In this document: in pieces, positions 53,191-64,000 of the stretch
Layout of the letters: each line of letters opens with the position of its first letter
Numbering within the stretch: the stretch's first letter is position 1
From: Ophelia neglecta
Taxonomy: Eukaryota
Direction: 5' to 3'
Length of the DNA stretch: 64,000 nucleotides
Assembly (NCBI GenBank): GCA_965285935.1
Contig: OZ260662.1
Span: 29,946,001-30,010,000, forward strand
The notes under the pieces: model-generated
Database searches by the model: none
Told to the model about the DNA's origin: nothing
Seen by the model: only the letters and a program-made list of their open reading frames with translations
Position numbers and translations under genes: made by a program

Positions 53191-54330
53191 AAGTACTGTT
53201 GACTTAAAACTTCCCAAGTGTATTACCAAACTGAAATACCTCTAGGACAAAGAAATCAGACCCAATGTACCCTATCGTTCATGGCAAAATGAAATTCCAA
53301 GCAAGAAGGGTCATAGTTGGGCAGAATAATTAAAATGAGGATACAAATCTAAAGAAATTTGGGTCACATATTATAGGTGTACTTCTATGATTCTTCTACT
53401 AAGGCTAACTACATATGGAGTCTAGCTCTACAGTCTCCCTGCCACTCGCTTAATCTGTTCACCTTATACAGCTAATTTGGCAACACATGATATTGTGACA
53501 TTTAACTGCGTTTATTTAAGTCTGGACACTATATTTGTGTTCAATTGGTTTTTTCAATATTCAATGTGAATGTTTCTTTTTGTCTTCAAATTCTAACAAG
53601 ATTTTTTATTTGAATCATTCATTAAACTATAAGCCCTTTTCACTTTCATTAAAAATGTCCTTAAGCTAGACATAAAATAGCCTGAATGAAATCATTGCAA
53701 GCAATATACGAGAACAATATAATTCCGAAACAATTCCTGGGCCCCCCTAAAAAAATTCAAAGCTTACATTCATGTTAAGGTGATTTGCCTGCAAATAATA
53801 AATTATTATCCACAATGTCATGGTGCTTCTAAGTAATGTATGATATAACCTCTGGAAAAATTGTTTTCTAAGGGGATTTATTATAGAAAGTGATAATAGT
53901 AGTTTGGTAACGCGTTATATAAATTGGCATTTGTACAATTGCACGAGTTTCATTAAAGTTTTATGACAATCTAGGCACGAATAAACGGGTGGATGAGAAC
54001 AAACATAAACTTTTTGGCAAAGCTTAATTATTTAAAGTAACAGTTTGTCTTTCGTTTTGCCTTTTACAACAGACTATAAAAACACGTCTACATCCCATGC
54101 GAATGTGAAACAATCAGACATATTTAACCAGGGTCGATATTGTCAACTAATCATTGTATGTGTTGAAAAAAGTTATTTGGTCAGATAAAGTAAACATGAC
54201 AGCAGGAATTCTACCGAAGGCATGCTCTGCGGAGGAAACGACAATCAAGGAATTCTGGCAGAAAATAAAATTCATTTCAGGATAAAAAGTAACTTTTGAT
54301 TTTATAATAGATTAGTATATTGAAGCCCGA

Positions 54331-54510
54331 ATGGATTTAGCATTTCAAGCATTATTACTCTGCCTATTGGTAGTACAATCCGGCATTGATAAGCTTCACG
54401 AAGGCGGTTTTGGTCCAGCGATGTATCAAGACCTTCTTACCACCAATCCGCTGCCAGGCGAAGTCAAAGTGAACCGTGCAATTGTCAGGCTGTTTCAGCA
54501 GCTGGGCTGA
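54331..54510 (+). CDS. Candidate small ORF (59 aa), signal-peptide-like N-terminus and C-terminal Gly; unverified
   Basis: MDLAFQALLLCLLVVQSGIDKLHEGGFGPAMYQDLLTTNPLPGEVKVNRAIVRLFQQLG*. It falls just under the 60-aa ORF cut-off and is GC-richer than its flanks. No homology recognised. Confidence 0.25.
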   Translation: MDLAFQALLLCLLVVQSGIDKLHEGGFGPAMYQDLLTTNPLPGEVKVNRAIVRLFQQLG

Positions 54511-55684
54511 TTGTCGACTTCCCAGAGATCTACAGGCTCAAGTAGGATATAGTGCGACAAAAATACACTGATAAGTTTCTTTTGTGCTGTGACTCGTATC
54601 ATGAAAACTGTTAACTACTGCTTATTTCAAGTGAAATCAATATTAATTTCTTTATATGTGATTTTGGTACAAACATATCTGTAGTTAAATAACTGGGGAA
54701 AGATATTTGTGGGCCTACAGTTGACGGTTGCTGACTATTTCCCAAAGTTTCAATGAAACGTTCTTGGTTTTTTTTCTTTTGTCAGTCGGGTATACAATGC
54801 CTTTCTTTGCCAACAAGCAATATCAAATCATATGTACACACAAATAAATGGGTCTCTTAGTTAGATTTATAACTGACGAGCCTGACCGGCTACAGGCATT
54901 TAAACAAGTTCCCCAGGGTTTATTTCAGAATGAATCTCTCTTTCAGGGGTATTCTGATTTAATTTGCACTGAGGACTGGAGAATCACAGAGCTGGTTGCG
55001 TATACCTGTAATTGGCGATGACAATTTGCGTTCTAGAAATGTCTTCATTGAGGAGCTATTCATTGGGTCTTGAGGATTAGCGTCAACTAAGTAGCAATTC
55101 GATGTTTTTCATGAAATATTCATTTTGGATTCCTAGATAATGTTTTTTTTTCAAGTTGTTAAATACAAAAAGTTTCAAACTGGGAATACAATTTCTCAAA
55201 TATTCAGAGTGTGTGAATTTAAATGCGTTAATTGATATCAACCCACTAAAAGTGGGCACTATGATTTATTTTGAATCTGAAATCTAAGAATGTATGACTT
55301 CTCACTTGGATTGTTATTCAAGTCTTTATCGTCAAAATTATCTGAACAACACTATACTATGTTATGTGTATCAAAACATTTAAAGTTAACAGAGGTTGTC
55401 TGCCATTAAGGACAGCAGGAAACATTAAGTAAATATCAATAAGAGGATAAGACCTAAAACGTCAAATCCCGAGGGAGCAGGTTGAGAATTGTAGAATTTA
55501 ACGCATATTTCCTAAGGGAAAATTCCCTGAAGAAAATCAAGGATTACTGCATACACTAAATACTCTAATTAAACGTCAAGGTTTCTACTCTTCCTTTTAC
55601 GACCACCTTGTAATATCTGTTCATATCATCATTTGCTTGATGGAACTGACACTTTATTTTCAATTGAATAAGCCAGTAACCCTC

Positions 55685-55798
55685 CTACGTATCCATTTCG
55701 TGCTTCAGGCACCACTTCCGGTCTACGTATCCTTTCCGGTCTACGTATCCATTTCGTGCTTCAGGCACCACTTCCGGTCTTGACCAATGACCAATGAC
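55685..55798. repeat. Complex recent tandem duplication (38 + 18 + 38 bp, then TGACCAA x2)
   Basis: CTACGTATCCATTTCGTGCTTCAGGCACCACTTCCGGT is identical at 55685 and 55741. The copies are separated by an internally deleted copy, CTACGTATCCTTTCCGGT. Confidence 0.9.
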
Positions 55799-58700
55799 TC
55801 TGCATATATCTTTGATAATGACATTGTTTTTGCTTTCCGTTTTTTTAATTTATCCGTATGTTCATTAAAGATAATGTAAGGTTGATAAATCTAGTAACTC
55901 TTCCTGCAATTGATCATTTATTGTTAATGAAAAGTACTGGTGAGACTATTTAAAATTTTAGACTAATATCAGAAGCACTTGGTAGTTTATGGCGCTAATA
56001 TGTGTTTCAAATTGCACCGTATTCGATTATATCCCGTTTAGTTTAAACAAATTGCCTTTCACCAAGGCGCTTAGCTTTACCTGCAGTATTTTCTTCTCAA
56101 ATATCCCAGAATGGTACAAGCCCACTTGTACCATAACGCTCGGAAGTCCCTTAAAAATAATCAGAACTGGGCACTAGTTAGAAAAAACCGGAATTAGATG
56201 CCTTGCAGCTGCGTGTTTAAGTTATATTGCAACGACACATTTTCTGCCTACATGTGCCCACCTAACTCACTAGTGTCTCATTATTTTCAAAGAAAACACG
56301 TACAGAATTGCTCGTAATGAGAGAAAATACCAAGTCTGATGGATTACATAATATAATCGAGGCCAGACGCTTCTTTGGCGGCTTCTGAAACAGGCAAACA
56401 GTAACACTGTTATATTACTAGGCTGGCATTGATGCACGCTTAGCTAACGAAAAACCATTAATATGTCCATAACGCCATCTCCAATGCAAGCTTCTCTTTA
56501 TTCATGTGATCACCAAAAAATGTGTTTATGAACATACAAAATTTTAGTTTTAAAAGTGTCAAACCTAAAACTAATAAACTGCCCTTGTAATGACACAAGA
56601 TATGGGGATACAATAAATGCCATGATGGTAGCATACCTAGACGTTAATCAAGAATCAGATTCGTAACCAATTAAGTGCAAACATATGTGCAAATAGTGCC
56701 ACATGAAGTTTAAATCAATTCTACAGTATAACTACTAACATCAAATACGTTCACCTGCCGGGACCTTTCTGATCTTGTATTAGATATAGCGAAATATACT
56801 GGAGGAATAACACACAATCTTAATAAACTAGGTGACCAAATTTAGCCTCAAGCCAATTATATGCTTATTTGTAAATTGAAATAAGATTTCATTATCAGTA
56901 GAATGTGATCGCATCTCACATATTATTCCGTTCATTTCTATCGTTTTGGGCTTCTGAATGTATATATGGTTAATACATCTCCATGCTGCTATTTTATGAC
57001 GTAGATAAGGTATAAGGCTCAAACAACGGTTTTCTTTGAGAATGTCCATCTAGCACACTCTCTGTAAAACTTCGCTTACTTCCAAATCTAGGAAACCATC
57101 AGGTTTGACAATGAAATTTAATTAACCTTACTTGAATAGCAATGAGTTATACCATATGACCACACCATCGTGACCTGTCGTGGATTTCCTCACAATGTTT
57201 ACATATACTATGTGTGGTTAAAAATCAGCCACCAAGGAGGTTACGGCCCTGGCGGATGAGAATGTCACTACAACACAAATTAAAGTATCACTAGGCACAG
57301 TCCAGTAGCAGCTCCCCTCTTATTTCGTTTTCTTGAGCCAGTCTCAGTATGTCAGTCTCAACGATTAACGCAGCGTACATTCGATCACATGAGGACTGTG
57401 TAAACTCCGAATATTCAGTCTTGTTAAACAAATCAAGTGACCAATCATTTAATATATATTGGCCGAAACCGTCAATATATCGGTGGAAAATAGCTGTCAC
57501 ACATTATCGTAGAATCAAATATGAACAGTCTAACCTATTAGAATGCTACGTACCATTTATTTTATTGGGACATAATAACATTTTTTGTTATGATTTACAA
57601 AAAAACATCACATCTTGATTCAAATTCTGATATTAGCTTGAAATTGTAATGAAAATGTTTGGAAGAAAAGCCACATTCAGGACCAAATAAACTTCAGAGC
57701 TCTCTATTCTTGATTCAGGGCATTTCCAAAAGTAATGTATGATAATATTTGTGTGTAATGCTTAAAATGGGCGATTTATTAAAAGGTACTTAATCATCAA
57801 GTAATAATGTATATAATTTTCCTGTATATCCGATTACTCTTTGTTGAAGCTAGACAAAAAAAAAAGCGCCTTAATGACTTAAACTTGGTTTAAGTGAAAA
57901 AGTAATCGGGTAGCTGACGGCTAAACACAAATTGAAACAACCAAAATTAAATAAATGGAGTGTGAAGGAACCCATTCACGAACAATTAGTAATATGCACA
58001 GCGTTATGATAAGGAGACCATGGTTCTGTGCACTGGACAAGGATGGATACCAAATCGGAAATTAGATAAAAGGAATCGATTTGATAACATATGAGACCTA
58101 ATTAACTATTTACTCTCTTTAAACGGATGTGTAGAAGTATGTAAACACGATCACCATAATACTAGGATGTGAACCTAGGATATGTGATATATCACATGCT
58201 GGTATGGTTCTGATAACAAGCCAAATTATACGTCAATTTCGATTGTCAAGATGATTACTGAATGTTCCGGATAGAAATAAGGAATGGTAGATTACGCCTA
58301 TATACAAATATCAAAAGTTTTCTCATTTGACACAATATATTGTCTATATATGCAAATATATATTGATTTATTTACAAAACAATAGTCAATCCAATGAACA
58401 ACAAATGGTTTTATGACCAACAATTGTTTTTGTCGTGTTCGGTTGCTTCCATTATCGCCCAGGAAATAAATTAAAAACCAAGACAGTTAAACAAAATCAA
58501 TATTTCTAGCCATGTATTTATTCTTTGTACTCATACCCTACCTTTGTATTGAAGCATGTGAATGGTTATTGCTTGTATTGTTTTTCACTTTTTAACTTCC
58601 GAATATGGTAGTATGCATTACAACCTCATGTACATGTAATTACCATAAGCATATTAGGTTACGAAGTCGAATTATGTACAGGAGTCATTAATGATCTTTT

Positions 58701-61700
58701 TAAATCACAACAAACATTCTTAAACTGTTAGATATCTACATCTATTCTGACCTTTTTTCACGATTATACTTTCTAAGTGGTCTAGTTTTTCATCATCACC
58801 ATCAGTACAACAGAACTTATTGAGATTTGTGTCTAGCAAAATCGATGCGCGATGCACCATATATCATTGATATTGATATAACGTACTCAATAAGAGCGTA
58901 CATGTCTCTCATGATAGATTCCTCTCTGAACCACTTTTCAAAAAAAAATTGCTATACCTCAAGCTTATTTTTACACTCCAGTTATTCCAACCAGAAAGAC
59001 GATCATAATGTATAAGTAATAGATGCGTACACATTTCAAAGTTAAATGGAAACGAATGACCAAGGGTACGATTGCGATATTTTTGCGAAGCTCAACCACC
59101 GCTCTCTCTTCTCATAGACTTTCTACTTTGCCGATGCGTTCAATCCACACACCAATCCGTAAACATTTAAATGCGATAATGTATTGTGTAACATTTTGTT
59201 TGAATTATTTACCTATAACTGCTATAATTTAGCATATTTTCAATAAAAAACACTACTATTGATCCCTGTTTGGTATTGTTCATGTGTTGTAGTAAAATGA
59301 AAGGACTGCACATAATAAGACATCATTGGAATAAAATATAATGAATGTTATGGCTGCGAATGTAATTGAGTAACAATTTCCGCAATTATCTATATATTAC
59401 TACCGGTACAGTAGGGACACTTGTCACTGAGCGAATACGGGGATGGATTCTGCGCTCTCACTATTGGCGACAAAAAATTGAAATAAATAGTCCAGCAAGC
59501 GAGTCACACCAAGAAACAATCGATTCAGTACATCAGTCAACATGCGCCATATGAGTTACAGAGGAAGTTACGATTGGCTTTGCGCTTGGCAATCTGACGA
59601 GGCGACTGTTTTATGATCATCACACAACACTACAACAACAATGCAGGTTACTCTGTATTGAAGATTTTTGGATAAATACATCAATTTTAGGAAATAAAAT
59701 GACTGATTATTTTAAAAATCAGTGTGTTGCAAATAGATGTAACATAATAAGGTTCTTTGTACAAATTATAATTACGAACAAATAACTCAAATAACGAATT
59801 TCACCTCAGCCTTGAGAACAGACACATTTTATGGCTCGAAAACATCGGTCGGAGAATTCCTGCATTTTGCTTGCTGCATTTTATTGAGAAGCATAAATAT
59901 CTCTATTGGATGGTGGATGAATTATCATTCTCTAACCTTTTGGTTCTGGTTTATTTAAAATTTCTACTACGCGAATCTGGTAAATGCCCCTCAAGTTTAA
60001 TTTGTACGACATGATCTAAACTGTTTCGACGTGACACAATACATACACAGTACAGTATTTATAATTGTATTTATAAAAATGGTTGCATTTGATTAAATGA
60101 TAATTTACATTTACTTTTTTGGGCATTGATGTTTGAAGACTTACATCTGACACCTTCTTACGATTTCGGAATGATTTACTGGAATGTACTTAATTAATAA
60201 TTTCGCATTGTCTGTTGAGTATCAATTTACTAGGCGATGTGCCAGTTTTATACGCTTATTAAACAATTACTTAATGATTTACACAAAGGACCAAGGCTCT
60301 AGCGAAGTGTGAATTTGTGGGTATATAAATGTCGTACATAACTATCCTTGTCGAAAAATTACAAGGTTGTGCGTAGATATATATTTTAAAATTATTCTTA
60401 TTATGAAACGCAAATCATGATTAACGAAACCTAGTGACTAGGCTCATGTTACCCAAAATATTCCCGATTAAAAACAGGACTGTATACTCAGCAAAAAAAA
60501 ACAGAGTATCTAATCAAACATAGTCAATTAAATATCAGGACCCGTCTTTACTGTAAAGAAGCTTGAACCAAAGAAGCTATATTGGTTAACGGCCTTGACA
60601 AATATATGATTTGTTTTTGTTTCTGGCATATGCTTAAATCAATTGGACAATTCGGAATCAACAAAAAGTATAACACGGCAACAATATAAAGAACATTCTG
60701 TTAAATTGGAGCAGGCTTCAGGAATATTGAATTTTTCTCAAATGTTCATCTTATTATATCATATTATGTCGCAAATGGTGCATGCCAAATGTTTCGGGGA
60801 ACATAAGAATTTTGAGCCCCTTGGGTCTATTCTCCGCCTGCAATCATCAATCGGCCTGCGGCTACTGGATCATACCGGTATCCCTATGAGGCTTATACCC
60901 TCAGAGCTCATAAGTCCCAATGGTACTGTCATTGGCAGGCACTATTTGCCTGTTTTATATATAATAATGATAAATGCACATGTACAATCAACCCTGCTGG
61001 TGCTCTGTCTATTACTCGATTCGATTGACTGAATCTGTTGGAGGAACTCGAAAGTGATGATCATCTGACAATGCACATCCATTAAGCACATGGTTCTTAC
61101 CATCAAAGGAAATATCGCTAATGGTCAAATAATGTATCCATGAAACAAAGTAAAGCGCAACCTTGACATTTACTATCGACAGGCATACTGAGCAGGAGGC
61201 ACTTGATAATAAACATCTTTACATAGTCTTCCAATGAGTTGATTTAGGAATAATGTCCAGCTCGATGGCAAATTGGATATGTAACTCATATTCGAAGAAC
61301 TAGTGCCCTTAACCAAGTATTTGAAGCGTAGTTGTTTTAAGTCACATCTGATTATTTTTTTCTGCGTTTGTAACAAATTTCTGTCACTCCCGACAGAACA
61401 AAAAAAACGTAGAAACGCGTCTTAATTTAGTGAAAACGCTTTATGGAAGCTGCAAGATTTTCCGGGGGAAGCATTGAATGCAGTCAGAAGGTTAAGGGTT
61501 TCACCACCAGGGTGAATCTATGACTTGAGTTTCCACCTTGAGTCGGGGAATAAAAATGGTATTTGCACTCGTTATTATATCTGCCTCAATTCTACGACAA
61601 ACACGTGTGAAAGGACCTATATCAGTTACTGACTTAAGTATATTGCAAGTCTCTTGCCAGAAGTTTGACAACCAAAATAGTAATATATGTAACAATTTCT

Positions 61701-63669
61701 AACGAATTTGAATTAATGTAAACGGTTTTTTCACGATTAACGCTGTCGCAATATGTGACGGGTATCCACTTCTGTTTCGTCATATAATAATTCCCTATGT
61801 TTTAACGCATAAACTAAACCTTTTTCATTGAGGCTTCAGCTGTCTGTGCAAAATCACATGCTTGTCAATGATTCAACAGGGAATGACAGATACAGCCATG
61901 CACTGAACCGCCTGATAAGTTATGCTGACTAACCATTTAAACATCGATCATCGAAACTCGTCGGCTACTAGAATAAAGCCCGTATCATCGCTTTTCCTCG
62001 GAGAATAATAGCAACCGAAGGCTTATCTTAACCAATGCCAAGATATCTATGAAAAAGTGCTATGATAAAATTGGTTTTAAAGCTCATTGCCAGTTGAGAT
62101 CGAAATGCCTGTCATCCGCAAATCTGAGCTTAACAGCTCAACTGCTCATGTCACATCCACGAATAAAAAGTCTACTTTGGAACAAACCTCTGGCCATACC
62201 TGATCTTTATCGTAGCATTTGTAAGAACAAATTGCGACCTGTTGGTGATAAAAAGCGTAGAGCGGAAGACATTATTCAAGTTGATAGCATACTTAGCTTG
62301 ATATCCGTCTGACACTTGACAGGGCATTCTTGTTACGATGTGTTGGTGTCATTTATTCCCGGCTGGCCCTTTTGTATCCTTTATCTACTGCACCATCGCA
62401 GATAACACTTTGTGAATTCTTCTGGGCACTTAAAATGGCGAACTTATGGGACCTCCAGGTTCATATAAGTCAATTCCAACGATGTAGCTAAATCAAAAAT
62501 GGAAATCCGGCTGCAGACAAGAATCCTTAAAAGCCTCTAAATGCTTTAACGTGTAGATAACAATTTAGGTCAGAGATACATCGCAATATAGAGTGGTCTG
62601 GCAATGAATTTGAAATTCAGGATCATTCTTGACGGGCGGCTATTCGGAAACATATGCCGGCGCTGACAGGAGACATGCCAGCTCTGTGACATCGAATTTT
62701 CATGTCACACCAGCAATATGAATCGGAATTGGACCAGTTTTGTCAATGTTGTTGCTACTGTACTTCACGTGATAAATGTCAGATTTGTCTCAAGTGAAGT
62801 CGAATTACATAGGACAATAACTGTGACCTTTTCATTAAAACAGTTTTTACCCTACAGATAATCCCTGGAATAATATCGCGAGCAAAATGCCGGACTGCTA
62901 ATACTAACGTTAGTATTATATAGTCTCCGGGCTGTAATTAGGTTACTAATATAATCTTTCACACTTAATATAAGTTGCCAGGTTACCTGGATATAGAAAG
63001 TCCCCCAAATAAAATATAAATGTAGAGCAGATAGAGTCGCCAGAGTATTTACTACTAGGTTCTAAAGCCCCTCGGCTTAAACATGCAAGATTTGGAGGTA
63101 TTCGGACTAAACAAAAGAGTGAGCTTATGGAGATCCAGGACTTCCGGCTTACAAATGCTACGATACAGAGAACGGCAGTAAGCAGCGTAATTTTTGTTCT
63201 CAGTTTTAATGAGCAATCCGCCGACGGGCAATAGTGTCATCCGCTTAGGGAACCAACATTATCTAGCACAATACATGTAGGTACACGAAGATTTAAAATG
63301 GTAGAGATTTGAGCCACGGGATACTTAATCGTCTCAGATTGAGCTTCTGCAGACTTAAATATGCTAGGATTAAAGAGTTCGCGAGATTTATTTCCCCAGT
63401 AGGTCTGATGGGCTCCCAAATCCATTTACATCGGTTAAATATTACAGCCTAATAGCTAATAGACGGTATCGATGCTATTTAATATGAGATTTGGCATGAC
63501 TATTGCTCTCGTACGGGTGAACATAACCTTTGTTATTCATATACTGTAGAAAACAACACGGATTTTTAGTCAGTCATTGAATGCTAAGCCTTGTTTTCTT
63601 TATTTAAACCAACTGCGCTTCCAACTAATCCCTTAGCTAATGAGTGAATGCTTTAATCATAAAATATGT

Positions 63670-63936
63670 TAGGAAGTGGCCAAGTGGTCAGCTATGTCGC
63701 CTGCCAAAATGAAGGTCCGGGGATCACTAACCGACCTAGGCAATTCGTGGTTCATTTGACAAGGATCTTAACCCTCAGATTCTCCTCCTCGGAGACGAGT
63801 GGATACCTGGCGGATGAATAAAAAGGATTCTTCGGTGATAAAGTAAATGTTATGCTCCTGGCGGACTTGAGATGGTTCAGGAATGAAATGAAAAAGCAGG
63901 TTTATTTGCCTTGGGGTAAAAGTGCTGTCGTATAAA
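63670..63936 (+). mobile_element. tRNA-derived SINE relic
   Basis: Pol III A-box TGGCCAAGTGG at 63677-63687 and a decayed B-box at ~63719-63733. The body contains CAAGG..CTTAACCCTCA, GGATACCTG and TTGAGATGGTTCAGGAATGAA, with an L2-like tail remnant. Confidence 0.6.
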
Positions 63937-64000
63937 CAGGCCTAGCCTGTAGAAAAAGACGTATATACCGTACCTTACTTTAGTTAAACTGATAATTACT

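Noticed and set aside
54873-54905. Hammerhead-like CTGACGA-GCCTG...CAGGC stem
   Set aside because: The required GAAA after stem II is absent (ATTTAAAC), and no convincing stems I and III were found.

Overview
This is AT-rich, repeat-littered eukaryotic DNA, most likely an invertebrate intergenic or large intronic region. That assignment is inferred from the repeat types; nothing looks prokaryotic. I could not support any host protein-coding gene, tRNA, rRNA or CRISPR array. The only long coding region is a young, 5'-truncated non-LTR retrotransposon at ~15839-18475. It encodes an RT and a C-terminal CCHC zinc knuckle and carries one stop and one 2-bp frameshift right after YADD. It also has a structured 3' UTR, an (ACTAT)3 tail and a probable TATAAA target-site duplication (TSD). 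The rest is a mosaic of old LINE relics (L2/CR1-group endonuclease, RT and 3' ends), four or five TA-flanked CAGTG...CACTG Tc1/mariner-type MITEs, a Harbinger-like ACGT-rich element, a Helentron/HINE-like element with internal repeats, a 54-bp P-like micro-element, a tRNA-derived SINE relic, foldback hairpins and a 48-bp minisatellite. Three observations are least explained. TACATGTA, the known Tc1 excision footprint, is in strong excess and matches the resident MITE ends. A 59-codon ORF missed by the ORF track looks like a secreted, C-terminally amidated peptide precursor. The LINE 3' UTR can form a three-way RNA junction. None of these is proven without comparative or expression data.
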